Shown in pieces: positions 1-8,760 of a stretch of 59,690 bases of DNA. Numbering within the stretch: position 1 is the stretch's first letter; the number at the start of each line of letters is the position of its first letter. A program made the position numbers and the translations under genes. The notes beneath the pieces are model-generated. The model was not told the origin of the DNA. It was given only the letters and a program-made list of their open reading frames with translations, and searched no databases. This DNA comes from Candidatus Sulfotelmatobacter sp. Lineage in GTDB: Bacteria > Patescibacteriota > Microgenomatia > Levybacterales > UBA12049. The DNA is taken from assembly GCA_035568375.1 (NCBI GenBank), contig DATMOG010000096.1, forward strand, positions 1-59,690. The letters run 5' to 3'.

Positions 1-76
1 AACATTTATATGTAACAAAAGATTGAGATATAAAAAGAAGTCTAAAATGAATAAACTAAGATGAAGTATTAAAGTA

Positions 77-343
77 TTAATAGTGTTTATTTTCATATTT
101 ATCTCCTTTTTGATTTTTATTTTTTATTTGTGATATGAGCATTTCTCTTTTGGTAAAAAGTGATTGTGCAGGAGCAGGAGCATTATTCACAAAGTCTTTT
201 TCCAACAGAATACATTTATCCGCGTCAGAAAGGACAAAAAGAAAATGGCGAGGATAATCTTCTATTACGTCAATAAGTCGTATGTTATTAGTAAGTAGGA
301 AAGAACAAAGTAAAATATTGTCTGACTTGAAAAGATTTTCCAT
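77..343 (-). CDS. DUF5659-like small protein (88 aa)
   Basis: Strings NILLCSFLL, FLFVLSD and LEKDFVN follow the DUF5659 pattern and parallel the 78-aa ORF at 5462-5698. Last gene of a minus-strand unit headed by the XRE gene. Confidence 0.5.
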   Translation of the reverse strand: MENLFKSDNILLCSFLLTNNIRLIDVIEDYPRHFLFVLSDADKCILLEKDFVNNAPAPAQSLFTKREMLISQIKNKNQKGDKYENKHY

Positions 344-421
344 ATAAATTTCTATTTGTTATCTTAAAAGACTGTATTAGCCTATCATGGGGAATGTAAT
401 TTTGTTGTAGCGTATAAGGAG

Positions 422-1135
422 TTACTTATCGACTAGATTCAGATGACCGAATTGTTGCTCAAAATCACTTATAATATTTCTTGCATTATCGGGTTCAATT
501 TTTCCGTATTTTTTTTCAAATGTTGGATAATCAGGATGAAAGAAAACCTGTACAGATGAAGATTTTAGGTACGTCTTGTCATATTTGATTCCCTTTGCTA
601 GATCTCTTTCTGTTTCAAGAAACATCTCATAAAGTTTTGCATTTCTTTCAAATATATATTTTTCAAATACATTTCTTTTTTTACCTGGTTGCTTTTCAAG
701 TTTAAAACAGATCCAGTTATATAAATCATCAAAATCTTCTTTCGTAAAAGGTGTGTCCTTTGTAAGTTTTATTTCAATGTGCAATTGGTTTTTATTATAT
801 GAATAAGAGTAAGGTAATGGATTAGTTATTGGCCATAATTGTATATTTAGAAAAATTTTTAATTTTAAAGCATTATTTAATTGTTCATTATTTGGGTCAA
901 GGTTGAAGGATTGCAATATGTCTTCTATAAATTCAATTTCTGTTAATTCTGTATTATATAATTTATCGAATTTCCATTTTTGATATTCTTCCATATTTGA
1001 AAAAAGTTCTTTAGGAACTGGACAACCAACCTTTGAAAATTCATCAAACATTAATTTAACTTTATTTTTAAATTTAGAAGTAACGAAAATTATTTGCACA
1101 TTTTTTTGATCTTTATCAAAAAGTATTCTTGTCAT
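422..1135 (-). CDS. hypothetical protein (237 aa)
   Basis: Long uninterrupted ORF between the XRE gene and the DUF5659-like gene on the same strand. No motif recognised. Confidence 0.55.
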   Translation of the reverse strand: MTRILFDKDQKNVQIIFVTSKFKNKVKLMFDEFSKVGCPVPKELFSNMEEYQKWKFDKLYNTELTEIEFIEDILQSFNLDPNNEQLNNALKLKIFLNIQLWPITNPLPYSYSYNKNQLHIEIKLTKDTPFTKEDFDDLYNWICFKLEKQPGKKRNVFEKYIFERNAKLYEMFLETERDLAKGIKYDKTYLKSSSVQVFFHPDYPTFEKKYGKIEPDNARNIISDFEQQFGHLNLVDK

Positions 1136-1224
1136 ATTTATTTCTATTTTTGTAGAATTTTTATACTTAGAAGATATTATATTGCACTCAATTTATTGTC
1201 AATACTGAATGGAGACAGGAGAAT

Positions 1225-1446
1225 TTAAAAGGGGAAGAGTTCTTGAACTTTTACTTTTAATACTTTTGCAATCTTATCCATTACTTTTAGCGATGGAGCT
1301 TTTCTTCCTTGCTCAATATGCCCCATATGTGTCCGACTGATGTTAATTCTTTCAGCGAGTTCTTCTTGAGTTAATTCTCTTTCTTTTCTTAACTTTTGGA
1401 TTCTCTTTCCAAGACGTTCTTTTGATGGCTTTAGTCCAAATGGCAT
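1225..1446 (-). CDS. XRE-family helix-turn-helix transcriptional regulator
   Basis: 73 aa. LGKRIQKLRKERELTQEELAERINISRTHMGHIEQGRKAPSLKVMDKIAKVL is a classic Cro/C1-type HTH. Confidence 0.85.
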   Translation of the reverse strand: MPFGLKPSKERLGKRIQKLRKERELTQEELAERINISRTHMGHIEQGRKAPSLKVMDKIAKVLKVKVQELFPF

Positions 1447-1561
1447 AAAGTGATTATTGATAGCTTTGAGCTATACTACCACTAGCTAAAAGCGAGCATT
1501 TGAAGCTAATTTATCCTTGACTTTATTTTGGTATTCGTTTATAATACTGACTTATAGTATT

Positions 1562-2128
1562 ATGGCTAGACAAAATAAAACAGATTTAAAAAACTGGATT
1601 GCAGAACATAAATTCTATGTAGGCATAGGGGTTTTTGTACTTGTGGTTGCTACTCTTAACGCAAATAGCAAAAGTAGTATTACAAATAATTCTACTCCAA
1701 CATCACAAGAACAAACGCAATCAATTTCAAACACGCCTACTCTACCGAAAGATCCTTGTAGACAATATATGGGGACGCAAATGTATGTAGATTGTGAAAA
1801 TGTCGGAGATGCAATGAATAAAGGACAACTGTTGAAATATCCACTAAAGGCAAAAGTTACTTTTGATAGTACTGCTTTATATATAACAAACGAAGATACT
1901 CAAAAATGGGAGGGATGCGGAGCAACTGTTAACGAACAAAACCCTGAGGGAGATAATTTTACATCTGACGGTTTTGACATAAATCCGGGTCAGACAGAAT
2001 CTATTGGTTGGGGTAATTTTGCGAACGCGGAGCAAGCACGATTTAATTATTTTCAAAAGAAACCACAAACTATAGATTTAGAATGCGCCGTCGGTAATCA
2101 AAATCATAGATCGCTATTTACACTCTAA
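1562..2128 (+). CDS. membrane-anchored extracytoplasmic protein, unknown function
   Basis: The ORF track starts at TTG 1517. ATG 1562 (MARQNK) precedes a single TM helix FYVGIGVFVLVVATL, and the rest is hydrophilic with several Cys. Divergent from the XRE gene. Confidence 0.55.
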   Translation: MARQNKTDLKNWIAEHKFYVGIGVFVLVVATLNANSKSSITNNSTPTSQEQTQSISNTPTLPKDPCRQYMGTQMYVDCENVGDAMNKGQLLKYPLKAKVTFDSTALYITNEDTQKWEGCGATVNEQNPEGDNFTSDGFDINPGQTESIGWGNFANAEQARFNYFQKKPQTIDLECAVGNQNHRSLFTL

Positions 2129-2169
2129 TTGAGACTTTCCTTTTAAGCCCCTGCTGCCTTGAGGTACTC

Positions 2170-2260
2170 CAAAAATTCTATCGAAACTCTCTAATAATCA
2201 TAAGAGTTAGCCTCGCTGAAAATTACTAGCAGCCTTGTAATAGTTTCTGGAGTAATACAA
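2170..2260 (+). repeat. intergenic module, degenerate copy L0
   Basis: CAAAAATTCTATCGAAACT.. then TTAGCCTCGCTGAAAATT..GCCTTGTAAT..CTGGAGTAATACAAT parallels copy D (TTAGCCTCAGAAATTT..GCCTTGACC..CTGGATTCGAACTGGTAAT). Confidence 0.3.
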
Positions 2261-2378
2261 TTTGACTACCATTTGAAAAATACAGCGTTTTACTCACACA
2301 TGCAAATTTCTCTTGTCATAGCCAAACTGGTGACGTGTGGCAGCTATACATACACATTACAGCGATTGATTTATGCCT

Positions 2379-2413
2379 GTAAAAAGTTTAAACTCTGTCT
2401 AACTCTGCCAAGT
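2379..2413 (+). repeat. intergenic module, partial copy L
   Basis: TGTAAAAAGTTTAAACTCTGTCTAACTCTGCCAAG resembles the J/M-type left arm. Confidence 0.4.
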
Positions 2414-2440
2414 ATTTAAAAATATGTTTACTAATTATTT

Positions 2441-3757
2441 ATGAAAAAGGCACAAAAGGAAATTATTGAAAAAGTAATTCAGCTAAACTTCCGTTCACAT
2501 TATACCGATTTAGTAAATTTTTCTAGAGCCTCATGGAGTTTATCCAGTAGTTTTCTTTCTTCATTGGGAACAATTCAAAAATTATCTCCTAAACAAAGAG
2601 TTGTAATCTTTATGATTGGTAAATCTATGAGATTACTTAGCTCAATAGATACACTTGTTGAAATTGGGTATTGGCCAGAAGCGGAGATATTATTAAGAGC
2701 AATCCTGGAAACGCAACAGTTAATGCTTTACATATTAAAAGATAAAACTAATGAGAGAGCAAAAAAATGGTTAAATAGAGAAAAAGCAACAGAGAGATGG
2801 GATTGGAAAGAAATAACAAAAGAATACGGAAAAACATATGAAACAATGTATTCTAATTTATCTCTTTATCCACATGGTCACATTTTATCGGTACAAAAGT
2901 ATATGAGAATTAAAGATGGAATGCTTTTTGTAGAGAAAGGTTCATTACCCTTGGGCATAGAGCCTCATGGGACGCGGTCTAAAGAAGTATTAGGAACGGC
3001 AGCAATGATAAACGCAGCCATGTGTGAAATCGGGTCATCTCAATTTAACTTGCCAAATGAATGGCACACAGAGCATATACAGCTAGAACAAATGTCTTTT
3101 TGGAAAGAACGACAAAAGAATGTTAAAGAAGCATTAGCTGATTCTGAAAAAAGAAAAATTATTGAAAACATGAGAAAAACAATGAAAAGTTTACATGCTA
3201 ACTTTACCATTGTATTTGTCCATGGATATACAGCATCTCATCTTGCAGATTGGTATCCAACAATTTCTGAAGAGCTTGATAGGCTAGGAATTGATTATGT
3301 TATCCCTGATTTACCAGGAGGCGATACACCACACGTAAACGGTTGGCTAAGTAAATTACATGGAATAGTTAAAAAGATAGATAAACCTCTTATTTTTGTT
3401 GGACATAGTCTTGGGGCGCGAACAGTTCTATTATATCTCGAAAAGTATAAACCTAAAGTAGAGAAAGTGTTTCTTATAGCTGCGTTTGCAAATGACATTG
3501 ATAATGCTAAAAGAAAAGATGGCAAATACTCAACCTTTTTTCAGAATAAAATTGATTTAAAAAATATAAAACCGTTCGTAAAGAAATTTATAGTTATGCA
3601 TTCTGAAGATGATAGTTCTATACCCTACAAACAAGGTAAACAAATAGCAGATGAATTGAATGCAGAGCTTATTACATACAAAGATAGAGATCATTTTAGT
3701 AATCCTAATAATGCATTATTTATTTTAGAACAATTACGAAAAGAGCTAAGATTTTAA
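2441..3757 (+). CDS. fusion protein: DUF5677-like helical N-domain + YdeN/RBBP9-type alpha/beta serine hydrolase C-domain
   Basis: 438 aa. The N-terminal ~250 aa contain IGYWPEAEILLRAILETQQLMLYI, typical of DUF5677-type domains (tentative). The C-terminal ~185 aa have FVHGY, GHSLGA (nucleophile elbow), HSEDD and DRDHF, giving a Ser/Asp/His triad. Confidence 0.7.
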   Translation: MKKAQKEIIEKVIQLNFRSHYTDLVNFSRASWSLSSSFLSSLGTIQKLSPKQRVVIFMIGKSMRLLSSIDTLVEIGYWPEAEILLRAILETQQLMLYILKDKTNERAKKWLNREKATERWDWKEITKEYGKTYETMYSNLSLYPHGHILSVQKYMRIKDGMLFVEKGSLPLGIEPHGTRSKEVLGTAAMINAAMCEIGSSQFNLPNEWHTEHIQLEQMSFWKERQKNVKEALADSEKRKIIENMRKTMKSLHANFTIVFVHGYTASHLADWYPTISEELDRLGIDYVIPDLPGGDTPHVNGWLSKLHGIVKKIDKPLIFVGHSLGARTVLLYLEKYKPKVEKVFLIAAFANDIDNAKRKDGKYSTFFQNKIDLKNIKPFVKKFIVMHSEDDSSIPYKQGKQIADELNAELITYKDRDHFSNPNNALFILEQLRKELRF

Positions 3758-3761
3758 TAAA

Positions 3762-5465
3762 ATGACACAAGAAAATATCTTACCTGATTCTAGAATTAAA
3801 ACATTAACCGTAGACGATATAAGACAGTTGCAAGCTATTGCAAAGCAAAAGTTTTTACTTTCAAGTAGTTATTTTTGGCTAACTATTGAAAATTCTCTTG
3901 AAGATGAAAATGCAACAATGCAGGTACATAAATGCACATGCGGGAATATTGTCTTATCATCCCCCCAATATTTAAAAGAGTGTAAAGAAAACTTTTTAAA
4001 ATATCATAGAACTGCATGTTGGCATCTTGAGGGACCTTTAGATTCTATAGAATATCTAACTGCAAATATTAGTAAAAGAGTTGATCATATAGTCTCGCTA
4101 TTAAAAGAGGATGTTTCATTAGCCATGAAGATGGCAGATGGATTATTACCTGTCGATAATTATAGCAATTTTGACTATTCATTATACAAATTAGAATATG
4201 CGGTTTGGATTCAGAGATCAAAATTTGGCAAAAGCTCTCAAGATACATACCGAATTGAATATTTAACCGCATTTGATGCATTAAAGCTAAAAGCTGGTAA
4301 AAAGAACAAGATTGAATATGAAAAACTAAAAAAATATTATACTGATCCCAAAAAAATGAAAGTATTAAGTGAATCTATGCAAACAGCACTTAATAAACAC
4401 TCTGAAGCATTTAATATCCTTGCTGATGAAGCTTATAAAAGAGTTACCCACGCCTTTTCTCCATCAACTAGATCACTTAAAAATTCTAAAAATAATGCTA
4501 TTAGATTAAATAGAGAGTTAATGTTAGATGCGTATCAAGCTTTCTTTGAAATAAAAGAGATCCTGGAAATCATATACAATTTCATAATTGTTATAAATGG
4601 AGGTACTTTCAATCAAAATCCTTTCGATGGCAAACGGATAAACGGAATTTTAATTCTAGATAAAAAAGGACTTATGATTAAAAAAATTTTGGAAGATTCA
4701 AAAGATAGAAAATTAAAATCCATCATCAACAAAGCTTATGATAGTAAATTTAGGAATAATACAGCAGGACATAATGACTATATAGTTAATCCAGAAAAAA
4801 AGGTTATTAAGGTAAAGTCAAAAAAAATTTCATATTCTTTTCAGTATGCTTCTGAAAAAGAAGAGCGCTTAATCGCTTTAATAACATCCCTCATTAGCTC
4901 ACTAATGTTTTCAATACACGATGATAATATTAAAGAATTGTCTTTAATGGGAATTACTACAATATGGCCAAGAACACAGGAAACAGATAAACCACTACCA
5001 GAAATTATGTCGACTCAATTTTGGAGTAATGCCCAGCTGGACAAAAACGGAGAAAATACTAATGCTCTTAGCTTGAAATTCTCTAAGGATCATAAATTTT
5101 TACATTTTAGCCATAATGAATCTATACCTGAGGGTAGTTTTAAATCTACTCCTTCACGACAATTATATGATTGGTTGATTTCAATTAAAGACAAATCAGA
5201 AATTTCTTATGAAAGAATTATAATTGCTCCTAAAACAGAACTTTTTTTATATCTTGCTAAAGGAGAATTAAAAATCGACAAGAACGACTACTTTATCTTA
5301 GGAATGACGCATCATATGTTAAAAGTTAATCAATCAAAGATTAAAAAAATCATAAAACTACTCAAAAAAAAGAATCTACCTGATTTAAATACGAGTACTT
5401 TTGGTCAAGTACTTTCAGCTGTTAAAAATTATAAAGATAAAAAATTAGATCAAGTTAAAATATGA
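3762..5465 (+). CDS. hypothetical protein (567 aa)
   Basis: 4-nt gap to the upstream gene and an ATGA overlap with the downstream gene. Cys/His cluster HKCTCGN..C..HRTAC near the N-terminus. No family recognised. Confidence 0.65.
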   Translation: MTQENILPDSRIKTLTVDDIRQLQAIAKQKFLLSSSYFWLTIENSLEDENATMQVHKCTCGNIVLSSPQYLKECKENFLKYHRTACWHLEGPLDSIEYLTANISKRVDHIVSLLKEDVSLAMKMADGLLPVDNYSNFDYSLYKLEYAVWIQRSKFGKSSQDTYRIEYLTAFDALKLKAGKKNKIEYEKLKKYYTDPKKMKVLSESMQTALNKHSEAFNILADEAYKRVTHAFSPSTRSLKNSKNNAIRLNRELMLDAYQAFFEIKEILEIIYNFIIVINGGTFNQNPFDGKRINGILILDKKGLMIKKILEDSKDRKLKSIINKAYDSKFRNNTAGHNDYIVNPEKKVIKVKSKKISYSFQYASEKEERLIALITSLISSLMFSIHDDNIKELSLMGITTIWPRTQETDKPLPEIMSTQFWSNAQLDKNGENTNALSLKFSKDHKFLHFSHNESIPEGSFKSTPSRQLYDWLISIKDKSEISYERIIIAPKTELFLYLAKGELKIDKNDYFILGMTHHMLKVNQSKIKKIIKLLKKKNLPDLNTSTFGQVLSAVKNYKDKKLDQVKI

Positions 5466-5698
5466 ATAATACTTATCAAACAAGAGAATTGTCGGAAGCA
5501 GCGGCTCTATTGTTGAACAAACAGCGTTTAGTTGAAATTAAAAGAGAAAAAAAAGTTTGTTGGTTTATATTTGATAACCAAAAAGAATGTGAACGGATAT
5601 CCAATGAGTTCTTTTTTGGAGAACTTATGGTAAATGCGCGTACTTATTATGAAGCAATAACTAGATTAAAAAACAGAATATTTGCACGAAGTAAATGA
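5462..5698 (+). CDS. DUF5659-like small protein (78 aa)
   Basis: TRELSEAAALLLNKQRLVEI..CWFIFDN..FFFGELMVNARTYYEAITRLKNRIF matches the DUF5659 pattern. ATGA overlaps on both sides. Confidence 0.6.
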   Translation: MNNTYQTRELSEAAALLLNKQRLVEIKREKKVCWFIFDNQKECERISNEFFFGELMVNARTYYEAITRLKNRIFARSK

Positions 5699-5823
5699 CA
5701 ATAGAGAGAGCAAGAAAAATATTAGGCAAAAGAGCAGAAAAACTTACAGATGAGGAAATACAAAAAATATTGAATCTGTTGATCTTAATTGCAAATAAAG
5801 CTATTGATGAAACAGTGAAGTAA
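5695..5823 (+). CDS. small helical protein (42 aa), not in the ORF track
   Basis: ATG 5695 overlaps the TGA of the upstream gene (ATGA). Product is MTIERARKILGKRAEKLTDEEIQKILNLLILIANKAIDETVK, with stop TAA at 5821-5823. The translational coupling supports coding. Confidence 0.45.
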   Translation: MTIERARKILGKRAEKLTDEEIQKILNLLILIANKAIDETVK

Positions 5824-5825
5824 TA

Positions 5826-6092
5826 TCAGAGAGCCTCTATCAAGTGCTTTTTTTGTTGATGAGTCAGTCTTTTTATTTCTGCTTCTCTGTGACAGGCAAA
5901 TTTATTAGTTGTATATTGTTCATAATGTACTAATCTTACCGGTCTTCTCACCTCCGTATATTTAGCACCTCCTGGTAATAGACCGTTATGTTGTTTAATT
6001 CTTCTTTCTATATTATTTGTTTTGCCGGTGTAATAAGATCCATCAGAACACTCTACCATATATGTATAATATGCCGGAAATGTTATACGCAT
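5826..6092 (-). CDS. GIY-YIG nuclease family protein (UPF0213/YhbQ-like)
   Basis: 88 aa. YYTYMVECSDGSYYTGKTNNIERRIKQHN carries the GIY/YIG-type motifs plus the conserved Arg. TGATATTAT box 6 nt upstream of the ATG. Confidence 0.85.
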   Translation of the reverse strand: MRITFPAYYTYMVECSDGSYYTGKTNNIERRIKQHNGLLPGGAKYTEVRRPVRLVHYEQYTTNKFACHREAEIKRLTHQQKKHLIEAL

Positions 6093-6098
6093 AGATAA

Positions 6099-6107
6099 AT
6101 AATATCA
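6099..6107 (-). promoter_or_regulatory. extended -10 TGATATTAT, 6 nt upstream of the GIY-YIG ATG
   Basis: Read directly from the sequence. Spacing implies a leaderless transcript. Confidence 0.55.
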
Positions 6108-6184
6108 ATCAAAAGAGTCAACGAAAAGTATCACTTTATTGCAAGCTAAAATAATCTTATAGTATTTTAATTTATAGTATTCTC

Positions 6185-6193
6185 TGCTATAAT
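6185..6193 (+). promoter_or_regulatory. extended -10 TGCTATAAT for the four-gene unit 6211-9405
   Basis: 17 nt upstream of ATG 6211, in the only sizeable gap before the unit. Confidence 0.5.
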
Positions 6194-6210
6194 TAGTTCA
6201 ACTTTATATT

Positions 6211-6774
6211 ATGAATTCAAAACAATACGATAAAAGAGAAAAAGTTCTGAGAAAGCTTACTGTTGAGAGAGCTAATCTAGGTAAAGCAGGAGAGTTTCTT
6301 GTTGCGGGGAAATTATTACTTAATGGATTTAACGTTTATAACGGAGCTATAGACGATGGTATTGATCTTGTCGCAAGAAAGAGAAGAAAATTCTACTATA
6401 TTCAGGTAAAAACCTGTCAAGATATAGATTATGATAGCGGGAAGTTTATGGCAAAAATTAATCTTAGTACTTTATCTAAATATCCTCATAAAAATACATT
6501 TGTAGTATTAGTGTTACATTTCTTAGGACCCACAACTTCACTCGATTTTATGGGAGACCACACAAAATATGATCAGGACTATATTGTCTTACCGGTTAAT
6601 AAACTAATTAGTTTTTTTCAAAAAGAAACAGGTGATATAACTTTTCGAATATATTATTCAATACTAATGGATCTACCGCAAAATACTCATTGGATCGCGA
6701 AACTAAAATATAACAAAAGAGAATTAATTTTGGATGATTTTATGCTTGATTCATTTTGGCAAATAGAAATATAG
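6211..6774 (+). CDS. PD-(D/E)xK endonuclease-like protein (PF11645-type)
   Basis: LGKAGEFLVAGKLLLNGFNVYNGAIDDGIDLVARKRRKFYYIQVKT fits the GxxGE...D...(Q/E)VK core of this nuclease family. First gene of a four-gene unit. Confidence 0.55.
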   Translation: MNSKQYDKREKVLRKLTVERANLGKAGEFLVAGKLLLNGFNVYNGAIDDGIDLVARKRRKFYYIQVKTCQDIDYDSGKFMAKINLSTLSKYPHKNTFVVLVLHFLGPTTSLDFMGDHTKYDQDYIVLPVNKLISFFQKETGDITFRIYYSILMDLPQNTHWIAKLKYNKRELILDDFMLDSFWQIEI

Positions 6775-6780
6775 ATAAAT

Positions 6781-8046
6781 ATGCAAAAATTTGATGGATA
6801 TTACACAGTTAAGGAATTGTCGGAGATTCTTAAAGTAGCGAAATCTACCGTTAGATCCTGGATAAAGAATGGCAAATTAACGGCCACAAAAAGAGCTGGA
6901 ATGCTCCTTATATCTTATGATAATGAAATAAACAATAATTTTTTTGTAGAGCAGATTAGAAAAAAGCATTATCGCCCCAAAAAACCCTATACAGCTGAAA
7001 ATATTAAAGGTTATGCAGAATGGCATGCATTGCTTGATGAATTTTCATGGTTAATTAAAGTGTCATATAGCTCTCCAAATCAAGTGAAAAAGAAAAATTT
7101 TCGAGCTGATCAACTTTTTGCTAATTATATAAATTTGAACAAGATTAAGATTGAAAAAATAAATCGAATGTTTAGATTTAATCCTAAACCGAAAAAGTCA
7201 TTGATTGATGATGATATTAAAAGAGGTTGGTATAATGAAATTTCTTATTTATTGCCACTTAAAAAATCAACATTAGGACATTCATTTAACGATATTACTT
7301 TAAATATGAAAAGCTCCGAGTTGCGTTTTGAATTTCCCTCCTGGAAAATTATTTCTTGTTACTATGCAGTGTATTTTTATTTGCGTTCTATAACGCTATT
7401 TGGATTTGACAATTTCAGATTATCTGAACATAATTCAACAATTAATTCTTTCAAAAATAATATATTGAATCCTCTTAGTAAAACAATTTGGAAATTTCCT
7501 TTTGATATATCATATGTGCCGCAAAAGAGGAAATATCGTTCACAATTGCTAATACAAAATTTAAGACATACTCAATTTAGATATTCAGCATATCCACGAG
7601 AACCTTTTGCGCTACCAATTCAACTTTTTGAGAATATTTATAATAATTTTAAAAAGAGAGGAAAAGCTTTTAAAAAACCATGTATATATACAATATTTGA
7701 TTATTTACATGATTTTCGTACTTGGGCAAATTATTTAGATATCGATAACCTACTTAGTCTTAGAGGCACTGGATATAAAACTTTTTTGGATCAAAACCTT
7801 TCATTAATTCTCTTTTTTATTGGTGGCATCTCTGAACTTTGTTATATTGCCGTTTTTGGTAAGAATGTCTATATAGAAGTCTTACAAAAATTTTATGATG
7901 AGTTTGTTACAAATAGTCCTAGATTAGTAGAAGATTTTATATATACTTCTATCTATCAACGTTTGGCTATTTATAATAAATTAGGTTTAATGGATGCAAG
8001 TATTAAGCTGAAAAAAACAGATATTAATACTGTATCTATTAGTTAA
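6781..8046 (+). CDS. HTH (excisionase/MerR-type) domain protein with large helical C-terminal domain
   Basis: The N-terminus YYTVKELSEILKVAKSTVRSWIKNGKL is an excisionase-type HTH. The C-terminal strings SCYYAVYFYLRS..SEH and LHDFRTWANYLD are only faintly reminiscent of UPF0332/HEPN helices. Confidence 0.55.
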   Translation: MQKFDGYYTVKELSEILKVAKSTVRSWIKNGKLTATKRAGMLLISYDNEINNNFFVEQIRKKHYRPKKPYTAENIKGYAEWHALLDEFSWLIKVSYSSPNQVKKKNFRADQLFANYINLNKIKIEKINRMFRFNPKPKKSLIDDDIKRGWYNEISYLLPLKKSTLGHSFNDITLNMKSSELRFEFPSWKIISCYYAVYFYLRSITLFGFDNFRLSEHNSTINSFKNNILNPLSKTIWKFPFDISYVPQKRKYRSQLLIQNLRHTQFRYSAYPREPFALPIQLFENIYNNFKKRGKAFKKPCIYTIFDYLHDFRTWANYLDIDNLLSLRGTGYKTFLDQNLSLILFFIGGISELCYIAVFGKNVYIEVLQKFYDEFVTNSPRLVEDFIYTSIYQRLAIYNKLGLMDASIKLKKTDINTVSIS

Positions 8047-8064
8047 TAATAATTTAAGATTAAT

Positions 8065-8745
8065 ATGAATACTTTTATAGACAATGATGATATTCAGATA
8101 CATAATGGTCTTAACACTTTGATTGCACAAGATGGATATTTACTGGCTAATAATCTTAGTGAACGATCAACAACACATAAATTGGCTGAGTATTATCAGC
8201 ATTATTTTTCAGAATGGAACGTAGATTGTGAGTATAATCGTAATCTCGGCGGACCCAAAAAAATTTTTATTGATCCAAAAGAAATTTTGCTTCAAATGGC
8301 AGATAATCTTGAAAAGAATGGTTATCTACTTCAATACCTCAAAGATACTAAAGTGTCGAATATTAAAGAGCAATTGATAGATTTAGAAAGACAGATGAGG
8401 AAGCCTAAACTTCGTTACATAAAAGAATTAGATATTGTATTATTTCTTCTTAAATTATCAGATGGTAATTACAAAAAAATGACTATCTATCCAGATATCA
8501 TAATCCACCATAGAGGGACAACCGATAATAATATTGTCATCGAAGCAAAAAAGAGTATAAATCAGGATTTCAAAGCACGCGCATATGATTTGGTTAAATT
8601 GATGACACTTGTCTCATCGAGTGATTTTCATTATAACCGCGGATATTTTATTGATTTGCCGGTAAAAGAAGATTGTAAAAAATTTCAAGGTTTTGCAGAA
8701 TCAAAATTTTTTAGTAAAGATGTTTACGAAATAGCAGCTAAATAA
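8065..8745 (+). CDS. restriction-endonuclease-like (PD-(D/E)xK) fold protein, putative
   Basis: 226 aa. VDCEYNR ... YPDIIIHHRG ... IVIEAKK gives an E / D / ExK arrangement. Otherwise an orphan. Confidence 0.45.
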   Translation: MNTFIDNDDIQIHNGLNTLIAQDGYLLANNLSERSTTHKLAEYYQHYFSEWNVDCEYNRNLGGPKKIFIDPKEILLQMADNLEKNGYLLQYLKDTKVSNIKEQLIDLERQMRKPKLRYIKELDIVLFLLKLSDGNYKKMTIYPDIIIHHRGTTDNNIVIEAKKSINQDFKARAYDLVKLMTLVSSSDFHYNRGYFIDLPVKEDCKKFQGFAESKFFSKDVYEIAAK

Positions 8746-8760
8746 TGCTATTGACGATAC

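Noticed and set aside
1447-1516. A reverse-orientation module fragment (TTAGCTTCAAAT on the minus strand) in the XRE divergent promoter region.
   Set aside because: Only about a 12-nt match, without the AAAAAGTTCC or GCCAGC elements. It is compatible with chance in AT-rich DNA.
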